A stretch of 48,912 nt of DNA from an uncultured Candidatus Saccharibacteria bacterium (GCA_964533425.1 CAZHJG010000002.1:1-48912); one strand, 5' to 3'. Counted from the stretch's first letter, positions 14,487 to 23,397 are shown. The notes: a model not told the origin generated them from the sequence alone. Numbers and translations are program-made.

Positions 14487-15428
14487 ATGAAAACTAAAAA
14501 ATTGAACCAAATAGGATTCTCCCACGATCTAGTTTTAGTGCTCTTCCTCCTGATTTTCGCGATAGCCGGCGTCGGCTACATTGTAGCTAGTCACGCCGAT
14601 AGCCCGGCCGTGCCCAAGAGCGTAAAGGCCTATAGCGAAGCCAAGCAGAGCGTCTTCGACCCACATAAACCAACTTCGGCTGCGATAGCTAGTGCTGGCC
14701 CGGCGCTTTCCAAACAATTTACGGCGGCTGGGTATAGGGCGCCAGCCGGGTATCATTATGTTCAGGGCTTTGAAAACACCCGTGCTTCAGGTGTATCAGC
14801 TTACATCACGGTAGGTGACCCGACACTGGGTTCGGCCGCCGGCGCCCATTACGCGCCGCACTCATTGGCTCAAATAGGTATTGTTGGACCAACCGGTCAA
14901 GATGACGTGGAATTTGGCTGGAACGTGGACCCGAACAATCACGACTACAAGGCCCACCTCTTCGTATACGATGCCATAAAAGGCTGGAACGGCGGTCAAG
15001 GCTGCTACAACGGTTGTGGCTACGTTCAGGTTAGCAATAAGGTTGCACCCGGTGACATGGTGTACCCAGGGACACGTCGGCAATTTGCCATCATCCATCA
15101 GACTAATAGATGGTGGGTAATCTATAACGGCACCAAAATGGGTTATTATCCGGATTCTGTCTGGAAAAGACACAATGTTACCCTCACATACGGCGTGCGC
15201 GAAGGTGCCTGGGGCGAGGTGTATGAAGATAATGGCTACTGCACGCAAATGGGCCGTGGCGTCTTCCCATCCAACCCACGTACGGCAACTATTAGCGGCT
15301 TCAAAGTGTATGGCGCCGCCGTACAGTCCAACTTTTTGCCAGTCCTTGCCAGTAACCCAACAGCCTGGAACTTCAACTCCGCCACTACTACCTCATTCAA
15401 CTTCGGCGGGCCCGGCTACTGTAGATAA
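14487..15428 (+). CDS. Secreted neprosin-like (former DUF239) domain protein, putative glutamic peptidase
   Basis: Signal anchor LVLVLFLLIFAIAGVGYIVA. The motif series SLAQIGIVG..DVEFGWNVDP...HLFVY...GCYNGCGYVQVS...NRWWVIYNGTKMGYYPDSVW...GAWGEVY follows the neprosin pattern (GW.V.P, GCYN..C.G[FY]VQ, WWL...GYWP, WGGEV). Confidence 0.65.
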   Translation: MKTKKLNQIGFSHDLVLVLFLLIFAIAGVGYIVASHADSPAVPKSVKAYSEAKQSVFDPHKPTSAAIASAGPALSKQFTAAGYRAPAGYHYVQGFENTRASGVSAYITVGDPTLGSAAGAHYAPHSLAQIGIVGPTGQDDVEFGWNVDPNNHDYKAHLFVYDAIKGWNGGQGCYNGCGYVQVSNKVAPGDMVYPGTRRQFAIIHQTNRWWVIYNGTKMGYYPDSVWKRHNVTLTYGVREGAWGEVYEDNGYCTQMGRGVFPSNPRTATISGFKVYGAAVQSNFLPVLASNPTAWNFNSATTTSFNFGGPGYCR

Positions 15429-15538
15429 CTATTAATTGGTACAGTAGGGCCGACATTCCTCAAACCCTCAAGCCCGGGTTGAGAGTCTTATCGAGCTCCT
15501 GATGGAGCTGAGAGGACGAGAAGATAGAACGAAACTTG

Positions 15539-15811
15539 CTACGGCGATTGGACGCTTGGATCCTCGGGGCCGCTAGTAAGTACTTGGCCTAGTGCAGATT
15601 GCCTAAATACACTTTCGGCTTCTTCCCAAGGGATATTGTTCTCAAGAGCTATTATGAGGGTTGCAAATTTTGGTGTGTATACAGGTGCTGCTGTACCAGA
15701 TTGTACTACCCAATCTGGCCGCTCAAAACCAGCGGCTAAACGCATTGCATAGTCAAAATCCCCCTCCGCAGGATGCCGATCTGATTTCGGGGCTCTATTA
15801 TGTCCAAACAT
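15539..15811 (-). CDS. Hypothetical protein
   Basis: 90-aa ORF with no recognisable motif. Coding status is uncertain. Confidence 0.4.
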   Translation of the reverse strand: MFGHNRAPKSDRHPAEGDFDYAMRLAAGFERPDWVVQSGTAAPVYTPKFATLIIALENNIPWEEAESVFRQSALGQVLTSGPEDPSVQSP

Positions 15812-15882
15812 ACTTTGCTTACTTTACCATAGCATTAGCCAGGGTTTGAACAAGACCGCTTTGCTAGTATTAATTAACAGAT

Positions 15883-15959
15883 TGGTACGCCCTGCAGGAT
15901 TCGAACCTGCGACCTCCTGTTCCGAAGACAGGCGCTCTAATCCGCTGAGCTAAGGGCGC
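15883..15959 (-). tRNA. tRNA-Arg (anticodon TCG), CCA encoded
   Basis: 77 nt: acceptor GCGCCCT/AGGGCGT, D arm GCTC/GAGC, anticodon arm CCTGT-CTTCGGA-ACAGG, T arm GCAGG-TTCGAAT-CCTGC, then ACCA. Confidence 0.9.
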
Positions 15960-16183
15960 AAATATCCGGTGGATATTTGCGTAGACACGAGGGAACCGTC
16001 CTTAGTGAAACTACGCATTACTGTAGACGCGAGCCCCAGCTTTCGCTGGGGTAAACTCTGAATGCTAGAAATCTATGTGAAGATCTCGCATCTACGGAAA
16101 CGCTTACATCTTACCAAAGAAGAGCAGCCCAAACTAGGGTTTGTTTTACTTGTGACGCTAAATGAGAAATAATTAAGCATAAG

Positions 16184-16672
16184 ATGAATCGACTGATTGC
16201 CTCCATGGATCGTAAGCAGGGAATCGCCAAGCATGGTTTTCAGCCGTGGTCTATACCTGAGGATGAAGCGCGATTCACGGAACTGACTAAGTCTGAGGGC
16301 GGCATTTGCTTAATCGGCAGCACGACGTTCAAAACTTTTCAAAAGGGGCCGCTGGCCAGTCGGCAAAACTACGTATTAACACATGATAAAACACCGATTG
16401 AAGGTGTTACACTTGTTCACAACCTTGAAGCGTTTTTTAAAGAATTCGTGAACAATAATATCTGGGTGATTGGCGGTGCGAACGTCTTTGCTCAGGTGAT
16501 GGAGCTGGATCAAGCCGACGAGCTGCTACTTACCCGCGTCGAAGCCGACTTTAACTGCAGCCAGTTCTTCCCCGACTTTTCTAAAGGGTATCAACTGCAG
16601 GAACAGAGTGAACTGCTCGAGCAAAACGGTTTTATATTTTCGTACGCTACGTATGTGAAAACTGCGGTCTGA
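16184..16672 (+). CDS. folA: Dihydrofolate reductase
   Basis: 162 aa. LIASMDRKQGIAKHGFQPWSIPEDEARF, CLIGSTTFKTF, VIGGANVFAQ and LLLTRVEADF match the DHFR layout. Confidence 0.85.
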   Translation: MNRLIASMDRKQGIAKHGFQPWSIPEDEARFTELTKSEGGICLIGSTTFKTFQKGPLASRQNYVLTHDKTPIEGVTLVHNLEAFFKEFVNNNIWVIGGANVFAQVMELDQADELLLTRVEADFNCSQFFPDFSKGYQLQEQSELLEQNGFIFSYATYVKTAV

Positions 16673-16681
16673 CAGGCTGGT

Positions 16682-16837
16682 TTACATAATGTCGGATTGC
16701 TCCTGATCGGCTCCCGGAAGCCCTGAAGTGCCATCTCTCAGCTGGTCGACATCCGTCACCCCCAGCTTGCGAGCTGCCAGCCTGATGCGGTTGGAGCTGT
16801 GATTTGAGTGGAAGAGATCAACGTTCTTATCTGCCAT
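16682..16837 (-). CDS. Small ORF (51 aa) with a strong SD, hypothetical
   Basis: Not in the ORF track because it is under 60 aa. GGATAGGAGGAAAC precedes the ATG at 16837. Translation: MADKNVDLFHSNHSSNRIRLAARKLGVTDVDQLRDGTSGLPGADQEQSDIM. Confidence 0.35.
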   Translation of the reverse strand: MADKNVDLFHSNHSSNRIRLAARKLGVTDVDQLRDGTSGLPGADQEQSDIM

Positions 16838-17013
16838 GTTTCCTCCTATCCGCCATGTATTCTAGTAAACCAGAGGTGCGGACGCAGTGTGATAGTTAAC
16901 TGTATTCTGAGTAACTTCTTACATGACGAAATTTTCACATGTTAGAAAGTTCATAGTGACGGGCATTTATAGTCCATATGCTTAGTGTTGGATAGCATAT
17001 TAAGGAGGGAGCT

Positions 17014-17106
17014 ATGTCTGACGCCATCACCATACGTTGTCGACCGATCAGCCGGTCATATTTCGACTTCGACCATGGCTTTGGTCAAACAGTGGCCGAG
17101 TATTAA
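17014..17106 (+). CDS. Small ORF (30 aa) with a strong SD, hypothetical
   Basis: TAAGGAGGGAGCT precedes the ATG at 17014. Translation: MSDAITIRCRPISRSYFDFDHGFGQTVAEY. It ends 38 nt before the DUF2267 gene. Confidence 0.25.
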   Translation: MSDAITIRCRPISRSYFDFDHGFGQTVAEY

Positions 17107-17144
17107 GCGTTAGCTTTAAGCTTTCAGAGTGAAGGGGGTTCGCT

Positions 17145-17510
17145 ATGGGATTTCGTGAGCTTATTAAAAAAGTTCAGATCTACTCGGGTTTTTCCGATAG
17201 TGAATCCAAGGATGCTTTGGAAATGATGGTGGAGAGCTTGGCGGTGCATTTGGACGAAATGGAGCGCAAGGATTTTGCCAGTCACCTGCCGGAAGAATTG
17301 GAAAACATCGCTTTGTCTGTGTACCCGACCGATAAAAATAGCCGCCAGGACATTCTAGACCAGTTTATGGAGATGGAACGCATCGACGCCTCCCAAGCTC
17401 GTAAGCAGATTAGTGCGGCCTGGAAGGCGCTCACAGAAGTTATTGGCGAAGTGAGGATTAATCGTATTAAGAAGCAGCTACCACAATCTTCGCTGGCCTT
17501 TTTCAGCTAG
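17145..17510 (+). CDS. DUF2267-like protein
   Basis: 121 aa with SD GAAGGGGG. FRELIKKVQIYSGFSDSESKDALEMMVESLAVHLDEMERKDFASHLPEEL resembles the DUF2267 repeat. Confidence 0.6.
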   Translation: MGFRELIKKVQIYSGFSDSESKDALEMMVESLAVHLDEMERKDFASHLPEELENIALSVYPTDKNSRQDILDQFMEMERIDASQARKQISAAWKALTEVIGEVRINRIKKQLPQSSLAFFS

Positions 17511-17563
17511 AAGGTTAGCCTACGGAAATTTACAGTAGATCAAAACTGACCTTTGCATCTGCT

Positions 17564-17769
17564 GGGTCATCCCAGCCCCAGCCGGAGCCTGTACTGAACT
17601 TGATTCAGTACTGGGGTAAACTCCAGCTGGAATTTATGCCTCTTGTCATTCCAGCGCAGGCTGGAATCCAAACCAATAAAGCTGTGGCCTAATAAGGCCA
17701 CTTATTAATAGATTGGATCCCAAACTAATCCCCGATCAAGTCGAGGACATGATTTGGGATGACACAGGA
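17564..17769 (-). repeat. 206-bp modular palindromic intergenic repeat, copy A (inverted relative to copy B)
   Basis: The reverse complement matches 29555-29760 at 205 of 206 positions (the difference is GACATGATTT vs GACATAATTT). Termini are GTCATCCCA / TGGGATGAC. It contains at least five nested hairpins. Confidence 0.95.
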
Positions 17770-17828
17770 AAAGTCGTGAGACTATGCTTGCGCTTCCCCA
17801 TTAGCGTAAGCATAATAGAACCATTACT

Positions 17829-19607
17829 ATGAGCAAATTCAAGAAAAATGTGGGGGCCGTAGTACAAAAGGATGGCGTAAGCTTTCGCGTTTGGGCGCCG
17901 TTTGCTGTTGAGGTTGCGGTAACCGGTACGTTTAATAACTGGGGTGAAACGGCCCTGGCAAGCGAAGACGATGGTTATTGGGCTGGAATAGTGTCGGGAG
18001 CCACAGCTGGACACGAGTATAAGTACGTTATTCATACCAGTAATTCCAAACTGCTCAAAAATGATCCCCGAGCGCTCCAGCTGACCACTACGGCCGGCAA
18101 CTCCGTCGTTGTCGATACGCATTTTGACTGGGAGCATGATGACTTCCAGCCACTACCTCCGAACCAACAGGTAGTGTATGAGTTACACGTTGGTACCTTC
18201 AATCGTCCCGACTCAGCGACAACCGGGAATTTTGAGGGTGTTGGCGCCAAACTTGACTACCTGGCCGAACTCGGCATCACGACAATCGAGCTTATGCCAA
18301 TCGGCGCCATGTCGATGACCCATGAGTGGTGGGGGTATACGCCAGACTTTATTTATTCCGTAGAAACACTATACGGTGGGCGTCATCAATTACTGGAATT
18401 TGTGAAGGCTGCGCATAAACGGGGTATCGCGGTTGTGCTCGATGTAGTTTATAACCATCTGGGGCCGGATAATAACCTTGATTTGTGGCAATTTGATGGC
18501 TGGAGCGAAAACGGCAAAGGTGGTATCTACTTCTATAATGACTGGCGCTCCACGACACCCTGGGCTGAAACACGACCAGATTATGGGCGCCCTGAAGTGC
18601 GGCAATTCATTCTCGACAACGCCACGTATTGGCTGCATGATTGTCGCCTTGATGGCCTGCGCGTAGACTCGACCATTTTCATTCGAAATGCCGAAGGGCA
18701 TAATGACGAACCGGCTACGGATATACCCGAGGCTTGGACATTATTGCAGCAAATAAACGAGCGAGCGCGCAAAATAAGCCCGGAAAAGCTAACCATTGCT
18801 GAAGATATTGGCGCTAATAATTATCTGACAAAATCGGCTTCGGACGGTGGCGCCGGCTTTGCCGCTCAGTGGGGTGTGACTTTTCCGCACGCACTCCGCG
18901 CCGCGCTCGATGCCATTCACGATTCGGACCGTAATCTCGGACTTATTCTGGAAGAGCTTAGCCGGTCATTTAATGGCGACGCCTTCCAGCGGGTTGTGTA
19001 CAGTGATTCGCACGATAGCGCCGCAAACGGTGCTGCCCGACTCGGCGAGGAAATTTCACCCGGACATTCGGACGACATTTACGCTCGGCAGCGCTCTCTG
19101 CTGGCGGCGGCCATTATTTTTACGGCGCCCGGTATCCCGATGTTGCTCATGGGGCAGGAGTTTATGCAAGGTGGCAGCTTCAGTGATTGGCAAGGCTTGG
19201 ACTGGAGCAAAGCGAAGCGTCATGAAGGCATTGTCACTGCCTACCAGCACCTTATCGCGCTGCGCCGGAACAGCTATGGCAACAGCGCTGGTTTACAGGG
19301 GCAAAGCGTCAATACTTTACATGTTAACCATCAAGATAAAGTATTGGCATATCATCGGTGGAGCTGGGGCGGTCCGGGCGACGATGTGGTAACTATCATC
19401 AATTCCAGTAACAGGCAGTTTGATGACTACCAACTGTCACTCCCTAAAGACGGCATTTGGAAAGTACGTTTTAATAGCACCTGGAAGGGCTATAGTCCCG
19501 ATTTTGACGACGTCACTATTCCGGAAGTTGAAGTTAAAAACGGCACGGCGCAAGTAACCTTGCCTCCATACGCAGCGCTCATTTTGTCCCAGGACAAGCC
19601 GGCATAG
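17829..19607 (+). CDS. GH13 alpha-glucan branching/debranching-type enzyme (CBM48 + catalytic domain; GlgB/TreZ-like)
   Basis: VSFRVWAP...YKYVI (CBM48-like), YELHVGTF, GITTIELMPI, GIAVVLDVVYNHLGPD, LDGLRVDS, IAEDIG, YSDSHD. Confidence 0.85.
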   Translation: MSKFKKNVGAVVQKDGVSFRVWAPFAVEVAVTGTFNNWGETALASEDDGYWAGIVSGATAGHEYKYVIHTSNSKLLKNDPRALQLTTTAGNSVVVDTHFDWEHDDFQPLPPNQQVVYELHVGTFNRPDSATTGNFEGVGAKLDYLAELGITTIELMPIGAMSMTHEWWGYTPDFIYSVETLYGGRHQLLEFVKAAHKRGIAVVLDVVYNHLGPDNNLDLWQFDGWSENGKGGIYFYNDWRSTTPWAETRPDYGRPEVRQFILDNATYWLHDCRLDGLRVDSTIFIRNAEGHNDEPATDIPEAWTLLQQINERARKISPEKLTIAEDIGANNYLTKSASDGGAGFAAQWGVTFPHALRAALDAIHDSDRNLGLILEELSRSFNGDAFQRVVYSDSHDSAANGAARLGEEISPGHSDDIYARQRSLLAAAIIFTAPGIPMLLMGQEFMQGGSFSDWQGLDWSKAKRHEGIVTAYQHLIALRRNSYGNSAGLQGQSVNTLHVNHQDKVLAYHRWSWGGPGDDVVTIINSSNRQFDDYQLSLPKDGIWKVRFNSTWKGYSPDFDDVTIPEVEVKNGTAQVTLPPYAALILSQDKPA

Positions 19608-19650
19608 CCGACGCGCAAAGCAGAGCTGTGAGAAGTACGGCGGGCCTGAT

Positions 19651-21345
19651 ATGCTTAAAGCTATGAAAGATCAGAATCCGTTTGACCCAGTGACTGGCGC
19701 TACCGTCCGCTGGCCCGAAGGCGCCATCGTATATCAGATTTATCCGCGGAGTTTCTTTGACTCTAACGATGACGGAATCGGCGACATCGCGGGCATTACC
19801 GAAAAACTTGACTACCTCAAAGATCTAGGTGTGAATGCTCTCTGGCTGTCGCCGTTTTACCCCTCGCCAATGGCAGATTTCGGTTACGATATTGCTGACT
19901 ATCGGGATGTTGACCCAATCTTCGGCAAACTTTCCGATATGGACGTGTTGCTGGCCGAAGCCCGTATGCGTGACATAAAAATCATGGTTGATTTGGTGCC
20001 GAATCATACATCTGACGAGCACGAATGGTTTCGCCAATCTCGCCAATCCCAAGAAGACCCATATTCTGATTGGTACGTCTGGCGTGATCCCAAAGGCCAT
20101 GACAAAAAGGGCCAGCCCATCCCGCCAAACAACTGGGCTAGCATGCTGGACGGTGAACCGACGTGGGAATGGGAACCAGCCCGGCAGCAGTTTTATCTAC
20201 ATACCTTTGACATAAAGCAACCAGATTTAAACTGGGCCAACCCGGAGGTGCGCGAAGCCATCAAAGACGTCATGCGTTACTGGCTAGACAAGGGCGTTGA
20301 CGGCTTCCGAGTTGATGCTGTACCGTTCATTGCCAAAGATCCACTGTTGCGTGACGATCCAGTCAACCCACACTACAAAAAAGGACGCGATCCCGGCTAC
20401 GCTGCCCGGACGCATACCTACAGTTCGGGCTGGCCACAAATGTACGCCTACTTAGCCGAACTGGCAGCCGTCCTTAAAGAAGACAAATATGTCCACTCGC
20501 ACCGCTTCATGGTTACTGAAGCGTATCCGGAAACAGCTAATCCGATAGAAGAGTACTTGGAATTTTATGAAGGCATGGACCCAGAAGTTGCTGCGCCCTT
20601 TATTTTCGAAGGTATGTGGTTGGAGTGGAGTGCCAAAGCCTGGCGGACTTTTCTGACGGAACTCCATATGGCTATGGATGACTTCAGCCCGCTCTGCATT
20701 CCCAGCTACGCGTTTGGCAACCATGATCAGCCACGTATTGCCAGCCGTTTTGGCGAAGCTAAGGCTCGGGCTGCCGCCGTACTTCTGCTGACGCTGCCAG
20801 GCATGGCTTTCATCTATAATGGTGACGAGTTAGGTATGATTGACGGTAACATTCCGCCGGAAATGGTGATGGATCCAGCGGCGGGGCAGGGCGGCCCGGG
20901 TCGTGACCCGGAACGAACACCGCTCCATTGGTCGGCTGGCCCAAACGCCGGTTTTTCCAGGGCCAAGACTACTTGGTTACCGCTCGCCGACAACTACAAA
21001 ACCCACAATGTAGAGACCGAATTACAGGATCCGAATTCTTTCCTGACGCTTTATCGTCGGTTGGGTGAACTGCGCAACACGTCGTCGGCGCTACGTACCG
21101 GAGCAGTCGAATTGGTAGATACAACGAGCACAAATGTACTTGGTTTATTGCGGCGGAGCGACAGTGACGCGTATGTGACATTTATTAACTTCTCAGCTAA
21201 GTCAGCTAACTTTAGTGTGAAGGCATCGATTACGCCCGGTAGTTTTGTGTTGTCGTCGGAGTCGGGGACTAAAAGACGGGCGTTTCGGCAGGGTAAGCTA
21301 AGTCTGCGGCCGCATGAAGCAGTTATTTTTAAAGTGCGCAGCTAA
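19651..21345 (+). CDS. GH13 alpha-glucosidase / oligo-1,6-glucosidase family enzyme
   Basis: YQIYPRSFFDSNDDGIGDIAGI, LSPFYPSPMADFGYDIADY, MVDLVPNHTSDEHEWF, GVDGFRVDAV, FGNHDQPR. Confidence 0.9.
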   Translation: MLKAMKDQNPFDPVTGATVRWPEGAIVYQIYPRSFFDSNDDGIGDIAGITEKLDYLKDLGVNALWLSPFYPSPMADFGYDIADYRDVDPIFGKLSDMDVLLAEARMRDIKIMVDLVPNHTSDEHEWFRQSRQSQEDPYSDWYVWRDPKGHDKKGQPIPPNNWASMLDGEPTWEWEPARQQFYLHTFDIKQPDLNWANPEVREAIKDVMRYWLDKGVDGFRVDAVPFIAKDPLLRDDPVNPHYKKGRDPGYAARTHTYSSGWPQMYAYLAELAAVLKEDKYVHSHRFMVTEAYPETANPIEEYLEFYEGMDPEVAAPFIFEGMWLEWSAKAWRTFLTELHMAMDDFSPLCIPSYAFGNHDQPRIASRFGEAKARAAAVLLLTLPGMAFIYNGDELGMIDGNIPPEMVMDPAAGQGGPGRDPERTPLHWSAGPNAGFSRAKTTWLPLADNYKTHNVETELQDPNSFLTLYRRLGELRNTSSALRTGAVELVDTTSTNVLGLLRRSDSDAYVTFINFSAKSANFSVKASITPGSFVLSSESGTKRRAFRQGKLSLRPHEAVIFKVRS

Positions 21346-21543
21346 GTCCAAAACCAGCCAATCTTCAGGTGAGCAGCGTAAACTTGGGATAGTACTTGGG
21401 CTCCGCCAGTTCTGATCCGCCGGGCCATCGGCTTCGTAGGCATCATAAGTCCCAGCAAAGTGGTCAAAACTCGCCTTTACTGCGTCCTGCTGCTCATGAT
21501 TCTCAGGGTGTTCGTTAGGTGGTTGCTCAGTCATACAAAACAC
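21298..21543 (-). CDS. Hypothetical acidic protein (doubtful)
   Basis: 81-aa ORF. Its 3' end overlaps the convergent glucosidase gene by 48 nt. No motif recognised. Confidence 0.3.
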   Translation of the reverse strand: MFCMTEQPPNEHPENHEQQDAVKASFDHFAGTYDAYEADGPADQNWRSPSTIPSLRCSPEDWLVLDLAAHFKNNCFMRPQT

Positions 21544-21816
21544 TACTACAAATTAATCAAACTTAGCTTGCAATTGTAATGATAGTCAGCCGCGGCGTCG
21601 TGAAACGCGGCGTGCTGTGCGACGGGCTACCCGCCGTGATGCTCCAAACATGCCAACCCCCTATATTACTAGTGCTTTCATCATAAGGTGCGACCAAAAC
21701 GTGTACTATGAAGTTACTTACATGAGCGTTTTGCTTGCAGTTTAAATGAAAAAAACCGTCGTTAACGCACCCCGGCTGGATAGCTTGCGCCATCCGTGAA
21801 TACATGCCCAACCATG

Positions 21817-22170
21817 CTAGTTTCGGTTTAAGCCACCTTTAGATTTAAGGATTACGTCACCGACAACAGTGGTTGCCTCCAAGCACGCAAGTAAGGCTAG
21901 TCCTCCGCCCAATAATTTGAGGGCTGGATCGGCAACGCGTCTCGGTGCGGACTCTCCAGCAACCAAGCCTGAAAGTTTAAATACTCCAAAAGATGCTCCA
22001 GCAAGTACGGCCGAGATCCCAACGGAGTCCGATGTTGTTATGTCTGGAGCGGCTCTCCGAGCTAATAGCGCAAACTCTTCCAAATAGTAACCAACACTCG
22101 AGCCAAACTCACTAATAGGCGAAGGTGGTAGATGGGTGAACTCAGCAAATTTACTGTCCAATTGAGTCAT
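21817..22170 (-). CDS. Hypothetical protein with two hydrophobic segments
   Basis: 117-aa ORF with hydrophobic segments GISAVLAGASFGVFKLSGLVAG and LLGGGLALLACLEATTVVG. Confidence 0.45.
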   Translation of the reverse strand: MTQLDSKFAEFTHLPPSPISEFGSSVGYYLEEFALLARRAAPDITTSDSVGISAVLAGASFGVFKLSGLVAGESAPRRVADPALKLLGGGLALLACLEATTVVGDVILKSKGGLNRN

Positions 22171-22286
22171 AAGTGAGCACTATTATTTATGTACTCCAAA
22201 AAATATGCAAGCTTAACATAGTAAAACTACTGCTTAGAAGAATGATACAAGACAATGCCTATAATTTTGGAGAGTCGCAGTCATTG

Positions 22287-22601
22287 CTATTTCAACTTAT
22301 CTGGGATGGCAAGAGCTAAAGCAACACAGTGTTTACAAAAGATCTGATGGTTTTTGGGATTTCCAGCGCAATGCCACGCCAAGCCTTCTGGCGTAACAAA
22401 TAATTGGGTGCGACGACGCGAGCCTGCGCCTTCTGCGATCGTTCCGTTAAGTCCGCCTATCCAGGCTTCTGCTTTTGTGGGTTCCAGTTCAATAAACTCT
22501 ATAGCCCCACGCCTATAAATTGCCTCTCCATATCTAAAGTTTGAAGGTAGAGACAACCGCTTTATCTCGTCAAGACTTAATAATTCAATAAGCTTGGACA
22601 T
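22287..22601 (-). CDS. Small protein with a degenerate SWIM-type zinc-finger motif
   Basis: I place the start at the Met at 22601 (MSKLIELL), because the listed first 13 codons lie inside the tRNA-Lys terminator hairpin. WHCAGNPKNHQIFCKHCVALALA resembles C-x-C-xn-C-x-H with the first Cys pair degenerate. Confidence 0.5.
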   Translation of the reverse strand: MSKLIELLSLDEIKRLSLPSNFRYGEAIYRRGAIEFIELEPTKAEAWIGGLNGTIAEGAGSRRRTQLFVTPEGLAWHCAGNPKNHQIFCKHCVALALAIPDKLK

Positions 22602-22610
22602 AGCTTTAAT

Positions 22611-22638
22611 ATAACAAAAGACCTCTATTAAAGAGGTC
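22611..22638 (-). terminator. Rho-independent terminator after tRNA-Lys
   Basis: Minus strand: GACCTCT-TTAAT-AGAGGTC followed by TTTTGTTAT. It lies 17 nt past the tRNA 3' end. Confidence 0.6.
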
Positions 22639-22654
22639 ATAATGCTTAGGATTC

Positions 22655-22731
22655 TGGAGGGCCATCTGGGACTCGAACCCAGGACACCCTGCTTAAGAGG
22701 CAGGTGCTCTAACCGGCTGAGCTAATGGCCC
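22655..22731 (-). tRNA. tRNA-Lys (anticodon CTT), CCA encoded
   Basis: 77 nt: acceptor GGGCCAT/ATGGCCC, D arm GCTC/GAGC, anticodon arm CCTGC-CTCTTAA-GCAGG, T arm CTGGG-TTCGAGT-CCCAG, then TCCA. Confidence 0.9.
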
Positions 22732-23004
22732 AAATCGTCCCGGTGGGACGATTTGTCGAGACTAACGAAGTGTCGTTAGTACAACTAAATCGGTCGTAAT
22801 CGTTCCTGAAATGTACTGAAAGCACCGGACATATATTGTGTATACACAAGTACGGTGTCGAAGCTACGCCCCACTTGTCATGAAGACATATAAACTCAAA
22901 GTACCACAAAACTTTACCAAATTACCTCTGTTTTTGCAAGAATGATAGCCACGATAATCAGATATGCTATGATGTGCCTATATTTAGCATAAGGATTATA
23001 AATC

Positions 23005-23397
23005 ATGAACAATCAAAAAGTAGTGCAGTTTGACGCTTCGGCGGGAAGCTATTTTCTGGTATTTGTAGTCACACTCATCATGACCTACATTCCATTTTTT
23101 GGCTGGGCCTTCGCCTTTAACTATATGAGCGAGTGGCTGGCTGACAACTCACTGGTGTATGGCAAAAAAGTTACGTACAAAGCTGGGTATGGCGAAACAT
23201 TGAAATTTATCTTCGTAAATACCCTACTGGTTATCATCACACTTGGTATCTACAGCTTCTGGTTCGCGCCGAAAAGTTATCGCTATGTGGCAGATCACAT
23301 TAGCGAAGTAGGTGCGTTGCCGGCAACAGCTGCGCCAGCAGCGCCCACTCCGGCCGCTGCTGCTGCTCCAAAGCCACCGGCGCCGATGGTGCAATAA
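23005..23397 (+). CDS. Membrane protein with an Ala/Pro-rich tail, hypothetical
   Basis: 130 aa with two TM helices (SYFLVFVVTLIMTYIPFFGWAFAF and FIFVNTLLVIITLGIYSFWF). The tail reads PATAAPAAPTPAAAAAPKPPAP. Confidence 0.65.
   Translation: MNNQKVVQFDASAGSYFLVFVVTLIMTYIPFFGWAFAFNYMSEWLADNSLVYGKKVTYKAGYGETLKFIFVNTLLVIITLGIYSFWFAPKSYRYVADHISEVGALPATAAPAAPTPAAAAAPKPPAPMVQ

Noticed and set aside
21544-21816. The 82-aa ORF 21563..21811, or alternatively a structured ncRNA in this 270-bp gap.
   Set aside because: The ORF has no start context and an unconvincing sequence. I looked for RNase P, SRP, tmRNA and 6S hallmarks on both strands and recognised none. Only a short GCCGCG...CGCGGC stem is present. 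I leave the region unannotated.
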